DNA of 64,000 nt from Candidatus Bathyarchaeota archaeon (GCA_963780545.1 CAWACK010000024.1:9589-73588); one strand, 5' to 3'; positions 52,801-63,220 are shown, counted from the first letter of the stretch. Program-made: numbers and translations. Notes: a model not told the origin generated them from the sequence alone.

Positions 52801-54759
52801 ATGACAGAGATGACGCAGCATAGAACAGGTACAACGCTTACAGTTGGGCTTGCAGGCAATGCAAACGTGGGTAAGAGCGTCGTCTTCAACCAACTCACAG
52901 GTCTCCACCAGCATGTAGGCAACTGGCCAGGTAAGACAGTGAAAAAAGCGGAGGGAACCCTCTTCTACGGAGGATATACCATCGATGTGGTTGATCTCCC
53001 AGGGATATACAGCCTTAGCACCTACGGACTAGAGGAGAAGGTTAGCCGTGAGTACGTAGTTGTGGAACACCCGAATGCCATCATCAACGTCGTGGACGCT
53101 TCCAGTCTCGAGAGGAACCTATTCTTCACGACTCAACTGATGGAGCTGGAGCCACACCTTATCATCGCACTCAACCAGATGGATATCGCAGAGAAGAAAG
53201 GCATCAAAATAGACCTCGGAAAACTCGCGGAGCTTCTAAGTGCACCTGTTGTTCCAACGACGGCGATCAAGAACATCGGTCTTATGGAGCTCATGGCGAA
53301 AGTGGTTGAGCTTCATGAGAACGAAACGCCTACCATTAAACCCCTGAAATTTGGCTCCGAGATCGAGGAAATAATCGAAGGACTAATCGAGGATTCCAGT
53401 AGGGTCGAAACACCTTACCCCCAGAGATGGGTCGCAATCAAGCTCCTCGAAGGAGACGAGGAGATGGAGAATATTGTGTACTCTCAGGTATCCTCGCTTA
53501 GAGAGGAGGTAAAGGAGGCTAGGAGGAAGATTGAGGAGATCCATGGTCACGACATCTCCAGTGTTATTGCCTCCGAGCGCTACATAAATGCGAGCAGGAT
53601 CGCCTCTGAGGTCACAGCCAATGTTGAGCCAAATCGTAGTCGATGGGCGAGTCTCGAGGATGCGACGAGCCACCCCATACTCGGATACATAATCATGATC
53701 TCCGTTGTTTTGGGTATGTTTTACTCCGTATTCACATTCGGAGACTACACTTCTCGTCTACTTGCACAAGGCTTCAAGGTGCTTGAGACTGCCTACTACG
53801 CTGCCGCTGGCTTGGGGCCACTGCAGTCCTTCATCTGGAACGGTCTCGCAGGGGGACTTATCGCTGGGACCACCATCGCGCTCCCATACATCGTGCCCTT
53901 TTACCTAGTCCTCAGCCTCATGGAGGATTCCGGCTACCTGGCAAGGGTCGCCTTCCTCATGGACACGCTGATGCACAAAATTGGGCTCCATGGAAAGGGA
54001 TTCATTCCGATGATGTTGGGCTTTGGTTGTAATGTGCCAGCAGTACTCGCCAGTAACATCATGGAGACTGAGAGGGAGAGGCTGATATGCGCCTTCGTCT
54101 CGAGTCTCGTGCCGTGTGCGGCTCGAAGCATCGTAATCATGGGGATTGTTGCAACTTACCTAGGCTTCGGCCCAGCTGCAGCCCTCTACGTAATAGACTT
54201 CGTCCTCATATTCATACTCGGGAGGATCGCCTTCAAGACGCTCCCTGGCGAGCCTGTCGGCCTCATCATGGAGATGCCCTCATACAAGCTACCGTCGGCG
54301 AAAATCACGGCGCAGCGTACCTGGTTTAGGCTGAAAGACTTCGTATATGAGGCCTTTCCCATAATAGTGGCTGGGAGCCTAGTCGTCTATCTGGCAAATA
54401 TCATCGGGCTTCTAAGTATCGCACAATGGGCCTTAAGTCCTGTTACGGTTCTCTGGCTTGGTCTGCCAGCGGCGACGGGCGTCGTCCTAATATTCGGCGT
54501 CCTTCGGAAGGAGCTGACCCTTATTCTCCTCGCCTCGATAATGGGCACAACGAATTTTGCGTTGATATTGACGCCGGCCCAGATGTTCGTCTTCGCTTTC
54601 GTGGTCATGCTCTATGTGCCCTGTGTCGCAACTATAGCCGTTCTCGCAAGGGAGTTTGGGGCTAGGAGGGCTGCGTTGATAAGCTTGGTCGAGATAACCG
54701 TCGCCGTTTCACTGGGGGGGATCATATTCCGGGTACTCTCTCTACTCGGGATTCATTAA
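52801..54759 (+). CDS. feoB: ferrous iron transporter FeoB
   Basis: N-terminal GTPase (GNANVGKS, DLPG) plus polytopic membrane domain, 652 aa. Confidence 0.9.
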   Translation: MTEMTQHRTGTTLTVGLAGNANVGKSVVFNQLTGLHQHVGNWPGKTVKKAEGTLFYGGYTIDVVDLPGIYSLSTYGLEEKVSREYVVVEHPNAIINVVDASSLERNLFFTTQLMELEPHLIIALNQMDIAEKKGIKIDLGKLAELLSAPVVPTTAIKNIGLMELMAKVVELHENETPTIKPLKFGSEIEEIIEGLIEDSSRVETPYPQRWVAIKLLEGDEEMENIVYSQVSSLREEVKEARRKIEEIHGHDISSVIASERYINASRIASEVTANVEPNRSRWASLEDATSHPILGYIIMISVVLGMFYSVFTFGDYTSRLLAQGFKVLETAYYAAAGLGPLQSFIWNGLAGGLIAGTTIALPYIVPFYLVLSLMEDSGYLARVAFLMDTLMHKIGLHGKGFIPMMLGFGCNVPAVLASNIMETERERLICAFVSSLVPCAARSIVIMGIVATYLGFGPAAALYVIDFVLIFILGRIAFKTLPGEPVGLIMEMPSYKLPSAKITAQRTWFRLKDFVYEAFPIIVAGSLVVYLANIIGLLSIAQWALSPVTVLWLGLPAATGVVLIFGVLRKELTLILLASIMGTTNFALILTPAQMFVFAFVVMLYVPCVATIAVLAREFGARRAALISLVEITVAVSLGGIIFRVLSLLGIH

Positions 54760-54899
54760 ACCATACGGGTGATCTTGGGATCAGAATAATCGACTTATGG
54801 GTGGAAATCCAAGGCTACTCTGAAATTATGAACACGAACAGTCATCTTAAAACCAGAAATTAATAACTGATAAATTGAACTATCTCACACAATTTAGCT

Positions 54900-55385
54900 T
54901 TAATTAAGCCGAAGTTCATACTTCTCCTCAACCAAGTCTCTACCCCATTGACGGTGAGCCTTTTCCTCGGTCTTGACGAATCCAAATTTTTTGTATATTG
55001 TAATAGCGGCTTCGAGTTCGCTGAATGTCCAAAGGATAATTTTCTTGTAACCCATTTTTCGGCTAAACTCTACAGCATCAGCGGTCAGAGCTTTGCCGAG
55101 GCCCCTACCTCGATGATCCGGGTGTAAAATAAACCACCTCAACTGCGACTCCTCATCACTATTTCTAATGATCGCAATACAGCCGACGACTTTTCCGCAG
55201 GATTCGACTACCCAGATCCTTTGCCTCTCCTTGTCCTGGGAGAGGGCGAATTCAGATAGCGGGCCAGCGACGTAGGCCTCGAAAGTATGGTCTAATCCGT
55301 ACTCCTTTTCATAGAGCATACCGTGGAGCCACACTATTGCGCCGATGTCCCCGGGCTTCAGATTATTCCTGATGATGACAGCCAA
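54900..55385 (-). CDS. GNAT-family N-acetyltransferase
   Basis: 161 aa; R..G.G acetyl-CoA-binding motif ([10 protein letters not shown]). Confidence 0.8.
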   Translation of the reverse strand: MAVIIRNNLKPGDIGAIVWLHGMLYEKEYGLDHTFEAYVAGPLSEFALSQDKERQRIWVVESCGKVVGCIAIIRNSDEESQLRWFILHPDHRGRGLGKALTADAVEFSRKMGYKKIILWTFSELEAAITIYKKFGFVKTEEKAHRQWGRDLVEEKYELRLN

Positions 55386-55685
55386 TTTAGTCCCAGATAA
55401 TCTTCATATACTGATGAGCGCGAATCGAAGAAAAAAATCCAAATCCTAAGGGAGTGAGAGGTAGATATTTTACTTTGCTGCCTCTTTTTCTTTACGCTTC
55501 TTTCTCTTTTCCTCTCTCTCCTTCTTAGTCAACGGTTTCGACTTCGCAGTATGCATACCCAATTCAATCGCCTCAAAGAACTAATCTCAATGGATATTAG
55601 ATAAAGCTTTCAAGTGATGAAGGGAGCGATTTGAGAACATCTGCTGTCAGTTCATATATGCATACGCGCTGGGTGTGTTAACCTT

Positions 55686-56144
55686 CTAAGAGGTCTCCGG
55701 AACAGTGTCATAGAGGTCTATAAATCTCTTAGAGTAGGCTGGGTCGATTTTATGTTCCCTCATACCCTCAACCATATAACTAAGGTACTTTTTCGAAGCG
55801 ACGTAAGGTCCCTCAGGTTTAACGACTCTATAGAGGTCAGCCCTATGCCACTCCTCATCCTCACCCATCAGCTGGAAGCCTTCCCGCTTGTAAACGCCAA
55901 GGGGCACCTTTTCTAAGATGTCTAAGGCTTCAATCTCTCTGCTGTCGACATCATAGATGACTCCATGCACCATCTCTCCAGGAGCTTCGATGATGGTGCT
56001 GATCCCGCCTTTGAGGTTGTCAGAGTACCTTCTAAACTCTATGTGAAAGTTTGGCAAAAAGGCACGCATCAGGAAGACGGCGCTTGGCGTGTAATTGTGA
56101 ACATATTTAGTGGATAGATTTGATCCGTACGCGAAGTATAGCAT
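55686..56144 (-). CDS. gamma-glutamyl cyclotransferase-like (AIG2/GGCT fold) protein
   Basis: MLYFAYGSNL... N-terminal YGSN motif. Confidence 0.6.
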   Translation of the reverse strand: MLYFAYGSNLSTKYVHNYTPSAVFLMRAFLPNFHIEFRRYSDNLKGGISTIIEAPGEMVHGVIYDVDSREIEALDILEKVPLGVYKREGFQLMGEDEEWHRADLYRVVKPEGPYVASKKYLSYMVEGMREHKIDPAYSKRFIDLYDTVPETS

Positions 56145-56274
56145 ATGATATCCTAAATATCGTGGTAATATGAAATTATCCCTAGATTCGGTGTGCGGTG
56201 ATGGCTTGATAAACCCATCTTATATGCAAACGTCATGATCTAATGGAGATTAGAGTTGAATCGAGTCATAATTA

Positions 56275-56727
56275 CTAAAAAGTCTTCACGATAAAGTCTC
56301 TCAACTTATTATGTCCCTCAATGTATCTGAGAAAACTCCTAGACGCATCCACTATCTTCGAGTCAAATAGTCTCGACAAGACTAGCGCTATAAAGTAGGT
56401 TGTGAATCCGAGGAGAAAATCTCCTGTGACATTCACAGTGCCTACCCGCCAGAATACCAACGCGGTTAGGATTGCCCCAAAAATCGTCATGATTATCGAC
56501 CTAACATCGAAGTAGACCCTCTGGGTCCAGCTGGAGACGACGAAAGCCTCGGTGATCTCCTTTCTAATCTTCTCCCGTTCAATGGGTGAGTCCAGCTTCG
56601 TCAGAACCGTGTTTGCGCAGACGGGATCGACTAGCTCCTTACATGACGCTTCCTCGTCGAGCTTTTCCCCGAGCTCGATCAAGATCTTATTGACTAATTC
56701 CTCCTCAACACTTATACTAGGATCCAA
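56275..56727 (-). CDS. hypothetical membrane protein
   Basis: 150 aa, two TM helices. Confidence 0.35.
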   Translation of the reverse strand: MDPSISVEEELVNKILIELGEKLDEEASCKELVDPVCANTVLTKLDSPIEREKIRKEITEAFVVSSWTQRVYFDVRSIIMTIFGAILTALVFWRVGTVNVTGDFLLGFTTYFIALVLSRLFDSKIVDASRSFLRYIEGHNKLRDFIVKTF

Positions 56728-57502
56728 AAATCCTCAACCCGTCAATATCCTTTAGAAATATGTTAGCTATAAATTAAATCAAGTCCCATGCAGCCCAAAC
56801 AAAAGATGAGTTTTGAGTAGCTAGGTCTTGTGTCGGGCGAAGATTATCAAGACCCACGCGACGGCACTTATGAGGGTTGTCCCAGTTATGGCTGCATAGG
56901 TTGGAGATCTGCTCGAAATATGGTCGACTAGAACGAAAAGGGTGTAGAGGTAAAGGGTCCCAGCTATCATGACTAACAGCGTATTTTCCTGCTTGTTGGA
57001 CGGCATAACCCATAATTAATTAAAAATTTCGCAGTTATTAAGCTTTAATGGAGGCATAAACCACAAACTTTCTCCTCATATAAATGGTAAATTGTTAAGT
57101 GTCTTTGTGATTCTGGGATGTGGGTCTGGAACAAAGCGCGCGCAAGTTCATAATATAGCAAATATCCGAGGGACGACGGGCGCGGAAAAGATACCATTTT
57201 ATGGGCTGACAGGAATGCCATACCTTCCTACGCTGAGGCTGCAATTCACACTCACAACGACGCTGGTCATATAATCCGCCTGTGTATTGCAAAGCATTAA
57301 GGTTACGTTAGCTATGTCTTCTGGTTTTCCTATTCGAGCGTGCGAATTCAGAGTCGATAATACTTACTGTATTAGAAAGGTGTGTGTCCTTTCATTGTTT
57401 AATAGGATAGAGTGAATGGATTATGGACACAAATTTGAAAAGAAAAGAAGTATATAGAGAGATTTTGAGGTAGTTTAAGCGCAAGTACAGAGGTGTCGAT
57501 TC

Positions 57503-57895
57503 TTGGTATCTGAGAAGGTAATGCGATTTCAAGGTAAGAATAAGGATCTGAGTCAGTTATCTCAGCAGATTGTTCAGCAACTAACGAGTGAAGGATACAA
57601 AACGCAGGCAACCACAGCGCCTTTGGGGCAAGTTATTCAGGCTAAGAAGGCTGGGGTTTTGCGTGACATTATCACTGCAGATAGGGCATTCAGTATCCTG
57701 ATAACGGGTCAACCGAACGATTTTTCGATCCACATTGGAATAGGTAAATGGATTCAGAATCTTGCAGTCGCGGCTGCTGAGGTGATTCTTCTATCTTGGT
57801 TATTCATCGCGGTTGATGTGCCTGAGATGCTTTGGACTCGGCATGTTGAGGGCGAGATCGCCAAAGAGATAACTCAAATCGTAGGTGAACTTTAG
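57503..57895 (+). CDS. hypothetical protein
   Basis: 130-aa ORF, GTG start, no recognisable family. Confidence 0.35.
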   Translation: MVSEKVMRFQGKNKDLSQLSQQIVQQLTSEGYKTQATTAPLGQVIQAKKAGVLRDIITADRAFSILITGQPNDFSIHIGIGKWIQNLAVAAAEVILLSWLFIAVDVPEMLWTRHVEGEIAKEITQIVGEL

Positions 57896-58529
57896 AGAAT
57901 CAATATTTTTTTCTACTTTTTTTATCGTTACAGAGGAAAAGGTAGAATTTTATATGCAAAGAACTGCTGCATCAAAATTATGTTTGAATTTAGGACTATA
58001 CTTCCGAATGAACTCCGATAGAGAAATTCGACCTAAACCCATGATGATGTCATATTAGCTATTAGGCTCTCGTCGCGCGTCCGATTCTCCATTTAAAGCA
58101 ATCGCACACTATTACATTTTAAATCAACATCTTCTATACACAGAGCGTGTATCATTGCCAATTGGTTAGCGCCAGGATGCTTGAATCAAGCTAAACCTTA
58201 GGTATATCTATATTAAAATTATGAATTAACTTTACTTCTTGAATAGTTCGAGGATAACACATATACATGATAAATAGATCAAGAATTGGTATCCAATATC
58301 ACTAATCCGTTATAATAACATCACAACAGTAATCAATAAAAAGATCTAAAAAATTAATACATATTAAGCATATATTAATTAATACCAATAATAAAAAACA
58401 AAATTACTCTCTAACATCATTTAATTAAATTAACACAAGGGACAAGAATTTTCTCCAACACTTTCTATGAATTTTAGATTCTATTTCCATTAAATACTTG
58501 TCAGGGTAGTTTTTGAGTGGTAAACTGAA

Positions 58530-59174
58530 ATGAGTTTCGCTAATCGATGGGAGAGAAGTGATGATCCTAGTTTAACCGCAAAGATGAAGGACGCTGTCAG
58601 ACCACCAGGTCCCCTCAAGCCACGCCTCGACGCGGCCACCAAACGGATCGAGGTGCAGATACAGCACATTGACCAGGCCAGCAATCGCTTCCAGGAGCGC
58701 GACAAGACTATCTTCAACCGGATCGTCGACGCCTACGCTAAACATGACACGGCACGAGCAAACGTGTTCGCTAACGAGCTCGCCGAGATACGCAAGATGG
58801 AGACGATGATCTTCCACGCAAAGCTCGCTCTAGAGCAGATCACATTGCGCCTCAAGACCGTCACGGAACTTGGTGACGTCGCAGTTACACTACTTCCAGT
58901 GGTTGGTGTAATCAGCGACATCAAGTCAGGTATGTCGGCGATCAGCCCGCAGGCTGAGAAGGAGCTAGGCGATATCGGCAATCTCCTCAGCGGCATCGTC
59001 GTCGATGCAGGCGCGGTGACTGGAATGACCATCAACTTTGAGTCTGTGAATGAGGACTCGGCGAAGATCTTGAACGAGGCCCAGACAATAGCAGAGTCGA
59101 GGATGAAGGACACCTTCCCAGAGCTACCAGCTGGCCAGAATAAAGTCGTCGCAGGCCTAGTAGACAAAATGTGA
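58530..59174 (+). CDS. ESCRT-III/Snf7 (CdvB)-like protein
   Basis: Helical, charged, ~214 aa; first gene of an operon ending in Vps4; 430-bp AT-rich leader upstream. Confidence 0.6.
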   Translation: MSFANRWERSDDPSLTAKMKDAVRPPGPLKPRLDAATKRIEVQIQHIDQASNRFQERDKTIFNRIVDAYAKHDTARANVFANELAEIRKMETMIFHAKLALEQITLRLKTVTELGDVAVTLLPVVGVISDIKSGMSAISPQAEKELGDIGNLLSGIVVDAGAVTGMTINFESVNEDSAKILNEAQTIAESRMKDTFPELPAGQNKVVAGLVDKM

Positions 59175-59282
59175 ACGGGAATCAATACAAACTTGAGGCT
59201 AGCACTCCTTAACATTTTTTTAAAACCCCACTGACGGGGACGCCCACCTGGGCGCATCCAGGCCAGATGATAGACAAAGCTA

Positions 59283-59996
59283 ATGGAGAATGTCCAGTTG
59301 GGAATATTGAACCGCCAGCCGAAGAACCTTCCAACCCCCGAGTCGATAAACGAGCTTAAGCGCCAGGGCATGAGGCTAGAACAGGTCAATTCAGCACTCA
59401 GGGAGCGGGACAAGGTACTGTTCGATATGGTTGGCAAGGCTGTTCAGATAAGGGACACGCCGCGTGCCCAGATCTACGCGAACGAGCTCAGCAGAGTTCG
59501 CAGCATAAAGCGAATAATCTCCCAGAGCCAGCTCGCAGTGGACTGCATCACGATAAGACTGGAAAACTTCCTCGACCTCTACCAGGTCGTCCAGGAGATG
59601 AAGCCGATCTCCGAGGTCATCAGAGAGGTATCGATTGACGTACAGCAGGTTATGCCACAGTTCGCGACTGTTTTGGAGCAGCTCAACGAGGTGGCGAGTG
59701 AGGCCCTAACTCAGACAACGATCGATTTACACCAACCAGCTCTTGAGGAGGCGATAAATGTCAGGAGTCAAGGGGGTGCAGATATAATCAAAGAAGCCTC
59801 CGATTTGGTTGAGAACAGCCTCCATGAAAGCTTCCCAGAGCCACCGATTACGATGATATCTCGGGAAGCTGAGGAATTAGCGTGCAGTGACGAATCCACA
59901 TGCATTTCCCGCACAACGCAGGTCTCCAACGAGGCAACTGACTTGGGCGAGTTATCCGACGAGGTGATTAATATCCTTGATCGGATTGGATTCTAA
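59283..59996 (+). CDS. ESCRT-III-like protein (second paralog type)
   Basis: ~237 aa helical protein between the CdvB-like gene and Vps4. Confidence 0.55.
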   Translation: MENVQLGILNRQPKNLPTPESINELKRQGMRLEQVNSALRERDKVLFDMVGKAVQIRDTPRAQIYANELSRVRSIKRIISQSQLAVDCITIRLENFLDLYQVVQEMKPISEVIREVSIDVQQVMPQFATVLEQLNEVASEALTQTTIDLHQPALEEAINVRSQGGADIIKEASDLVENSLHESFPEPPITMISREAEELACSDESTCISRTTQVSNEATDLGELSDEVINILDRIGF

Positions 59997-60026
59997 GGGT
60001 CGCGTCAAGTTGGAGGAGGTGGCCGC

Positions 60027-61190
60027 ATGAGCGTCGCCACCATGCTCGAGTCCGAAGCCATGAAGTACGCCGCAGACGCCGTCAAATACGATAAACTGGG
60101 GGACAAAGACAAGGCAGCCGAGAGCTACAAACGAGCAGTCGAACAACTCACCCGCCTCATAAAACTCTACCCAGACTACACATTCAACAAGTTCTACGTA
60201 GAGAAAGTCACAACATACCAGGAGCGCATCAGGCTACTCAAATCCGAGGACGGCGAGGAGACCGGAATCGAGAAGTTCACCAGCTACGAGACCAAGCAGA
60301 CCGGATCAAGCGAGCAACTCGAATCCGAGGACTCGGAGCCCGCCGAGAAGCCAAACGTCACCTGGGGAGAGGTCGCGGGCCTCGAGGAGGCCAAGAGGGC
60401 GATCAAGGAGGTCATCGTCTACCCCGTGAAGCGGCCCGACCTCTTCCCACTCGGCTGGTCCAGGGGACTCCTCCTCTTCGGGCCCCCGGGCTGCGGGAAG
60501 ACGCTGCTGGCGGCGGCGGTCGCCAACGAGATTGAGGCCCAGTTCATACAGATTGACCCAGCCAACATAATGTCGAAGTGGCTGGGGGCGGCGGAGCAGA
60601 ACGTCGCTAAGGTGTTTGGGGCGGCTCGCCGCACCGCGGTCGGCGGTCGGCCGGTGATCATCTTCATGGATGAGGTGGATAGCATCCTGGGGGTTCACAC
60701 GAATGAGGTGGGTGGTGAGGTTCGTATGCGGAACCAGTTTCTGAAGGAGATGGATGGTCTTCAGGATAAGGGTAAGAATTATCACCTCTACGTGGTGGCG
60801 GCGACGAATAAGCCGTGGGACCTGGATTGGGCGTTTATCCGCAGGTTTCAGAAGAGGGTGATGGTTCCTCTTCCGGATTATGCGACGCGTCTTCAGATGT
60901 TTGAGTTGAATACCGCGTTGTTGGAGTTGGCTTCGGACGTGGATTTTCACGCGTTGACGCAGTTGACGGATGGGTATACTGGGAGTGATATTAAGGATAT
61001 TTGTCAGGTGGTTCGTCAGGAGGTTATTAGGGAGTTGTTTGAGTCTGGTGCGGCTGATGATGCGTCGTCTAAGCCGAGGGCTTTGTCGATGGTTGATTTT
61101 GAGCGGTCTATTTCGAATAGGAAGCCGAGTGTGTCTAGGGATATGATGAGGGAGTATGATAAGTGGTTTGAGCAGTTTAAGGCTCTGTAG
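60027..61190 (+). CDS. cdvC: Vps4/CdvC AAA+ ATPase (MIT domain + AAA)
   Basis: N-terminal MIT domain, Walker A GPPGCGKT, Walker B IIFMDEVD, Vps4-type C-terminus; codon usage switches abruptly at ~60670. Confidence 0.85.
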   Translation: MSVATMLESEAMKYAADAVKYDKLGDKDKAAESYKRAVEQLTRLIKLYPDYTFNKFYVEKVTTYQERIRLLKSEDGEETGIEKFTSYETKQTGSSEQLESEDSEPAEKPNVTWGEVAGLEEAKRAIKEVIVYPVKRPDLFPLGWSRGLLLFGPPGCGKTLLAAAVANEIEAQFIQIDPANIMSKWLGAAEQNVAKVFGAARRTAVGGRPVIIFMDEVDSILGVHTNEVGGEVRMRNQFLKEMDGLQDKGKNYHLYVVAATNKPWDLDWAFIRRFQKRVMVPLPDYATRLQMFELNTALLELASDVDFHALTQLTDGYTGSDIKDICQVVRQEVIRELFESGAADDASSKPRALSMVDFERSISNRKPSVSRDMMREYDKWFEQFKAL

Positions 61191-61405
61191 GGTGTTGCCG
61201 TCGCTGGTGTCTTCGGCGTCGTGGAGGAGCAGATAAAGTCGATCCACTCGATAGGGTAGAACTTGAATAAGTGTTTTTCAGTCTCGGTCGACTTCTAGTC
61301 GATGCGCTTCGAGCTCTAGGATTATTATGATATTAGTTTTGAAACCTCACATACGACTTCGCCATATTCTTGGTCTTCTGAATAAGTCGATGTAAAGGAT
61401 TGGTG

Positions 61406-61690
61406 TTACATCGACCGAACCATTGTTAAAAGCATCTTGAACCGCGTAGCCGACTTTACGGCGTGGGGCTTTCCAGCAGGCATGATGATCGCGTCACTCT
61501 CTTTCAATAGATTCTCCTTTCCAGCGATCCAGATCTCTACCTCCCCTTCGATGCACTGAACCAGTGCGTCATATGGGGCCGTATGCTCGCTCAGCCCCTG
61601 CCCAGCATCAAATGAGAAGACCGTCACAGTACCGGCCTCCTTGTCGATGAGCGTCCTGCTCACAACGCTCCCCTCTTGGTAATCCACCAA
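61406..61690 (-). CDS. cupin-domain protein
   Basis: 94 aa, small cupin barrel with G(x)5HxH-like pattern. Confidence 0.55.
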   Translation of the reverse strand: MVDYQEGSVVSRTLIDKEAGTVTVFSFDAGQGLSEHTAPYDALVQCIEGEVEIWIAGKENLLKESDAIIMPAGKPHAVKSATRFKMLLTMVRSM

Positions 61691-61788
61691 CTCCTCGGAG
61701 GCTGAACACTCTCCCCCTCATGTCCGGAGTCTTTTCAACCAACAGAGCATCAACTCACGTAGCCTAATCTAGTATCGGAGTTGGTGGG

Positions 61789-62523
61789 TTAAGGCTTCCT
61801 TGATTCTTGCGGTTCGGAAGCTGCGTCCTCAAAGTGTGAGCTGTCGCAGAGGGGATGACTCCCCGATTTGCCGCATCTGCAGAGTGTAACTCGGTTCCTT
61901 TTCTCATAAACGTAGCCATCAGCAGACTCTATCTCGACACCCCCCCTCACCCAGAGGGCGCCTGGGATTCCGTCTTGGTCTTCAGTGACGACTATGCTTG
62001 GTTCGAAATGGGGTTCCAGAGTTTCACCCTTCTTATTCCACTCGACAAGTCTCCCAGATGGGCAATCTGCTGCTTCCTGGATTGCAGTCTCCTTGTACTT
62101 GTGGGTATCACTGTTTACTGTGAGGTTCCAGATGTTCCCAGCCCTTGTGCAGAACCCCGCGCCGACGCATAGCTCCCTCTTATCTGTGAGTTTGAGTTCA
62201 GGTCCATCATATACCTTGACGCCTTTTAGGTAGGGTGACCTGTCCATAGTCTCCTCGCCTTTGAATCCCGCTTTGGTATGTGACCCGTCGCAGTAGGGCT
62301 TGTCCTTTGACCTCCCACATCGACACAACGCGTAGGTCTCTTTGTTCGGGAATGTATTCGTCTCGGACCACTGCAGAGGATAGCCTTCGTTATCGGTCTC
62401 GATGACCATTTTACTAAGCGGGAGGCTTCCTGTAACCATGTAGGGGCCACTCCTAGTTACCTTGATCCTACCTTTACCTGCCATGTATAGCGACCCGAGC
62501 CCGCAAAAGATGAAGATATTCAT
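61789..62523 (-). CDS. CDGSH iron-sulfur domain protein (two CDGSH-type motifs)
   Basis: CRCGRSKDKPYCDGSH and CRCGKSGSHPLCDSSH; start probably MAGKGRIKV at 62484. Confidence 0.8.
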   Translation of the reverse strand: MNIFIFCGLGSLYMAGKGRIKVTRSGPYMVTGSLPLSKMVIETDNEGYPLQWSETNTFPNKETYALCRCGRSKDKPYCDGSHTKAGFKGEETMDRSPYLKGVKVYDGPELKLTDKRELCVGAGFCTRAGNIWNLTVNSDTHKYKETAIQEAADCPSGRLVEWNKKGETLEPHFEPSIVVTEDQDGIPGALWVRGGVEIESADGYVYEKRNRVTLCRCGKSGSHPLCDSSHFEDAASEPQESRKP

Positions 62524-62764
62524 CCATGAGAAGCGCTTTACATCTAAATATTTTGTATTTTAATCTCGGGAAGTACGTTATCTGGCTCTTGATCGACAAT
62601 AAATATGCAGTTTTTCATCCTCAGAATGATTCGTGCGCGCACTATGACAGCTATGTAAAATTAAGATTTTTATCTAAAAATAATTTCAATAACACAAATT
62701 TATTAATCTCAAAATTCAAATACCTAGCTTATCTTAACTACTGAATTAGGGGAAAATAAACCAG

Positions 62765-63052
62765 ATGGATAGTAAACTATTAGCTGGCCTCGGTCTAATG
62801 AGAATAATAAATCTAAACCAGATCAACGCCGATACTATACTAATGATAGTTTCAAGCCTAAGCTTACTACAGTTTCTGGTCCTCTGGATTCGTGGCTCCG
62901 TATTTATTGACTCAGTTCGCCTTGAGGGTTGGAAAGGTAAGCTGCCACTCTATATCATTAAGTGCCCCACACACGGATACCAGCTAACATACCCCAATGG
63001 GCATAGTGAGTCTCTTGTATGCCCAAAGTGCGTTAAATCTCGACTAGGTTAG
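62765..63052 (+). CDS. hypothetical small membrane protein with C-terminal CxxC...CxxC
   Basis: 95-aa ORF, one TM helix, CPTHG...CPKC. Confidence 0.3.
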   Translation: MDSKLLAGLGLMRIINLNQINADTILMIVSSLSLLQFLVLWIRGSVFIDSVRLEGWKGKLPLYIIKCPTHGYQLTYPNGHSESLVCPKCVKSRLG

Positions 63053-63220
63053 ACACTTTTTAGAGTTTAAGCGAATTATAGGAATGTGATTAACGAGCGA
63101 GTTCGCGAGTACCATCGAGAAATGATTATATTAGAGGTTAATGAACGTGGAAAAAGGAAATCGGATTTATTATGTATAAAATACTGAGATGTTTGTTAGC
63201 GCTGAATAAGAATTAGATGC

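Noticed and set aside
55473-55556. 28-aa very basic minus-strand micro-ORF (MHTAKSKPLTKKEREEKRKKRKEKEAAK)
   Set aside because: It sits in a polypyrimidine/AG-rich intergenic stretch. The lysine-rich translation is what such sequence gives by chance, and there is no recognisable ribosomal-protein match.
60306-61247. 313-aa minus-strand ORF overlapping the Vps4 gene
   Set aside because: Arg/Leu/His-rich antisense product of the C-poor (G+T-rich) 3' half of cdvC, and a composition artefact. The + strand gene has unambiguous Vps4 motifs.
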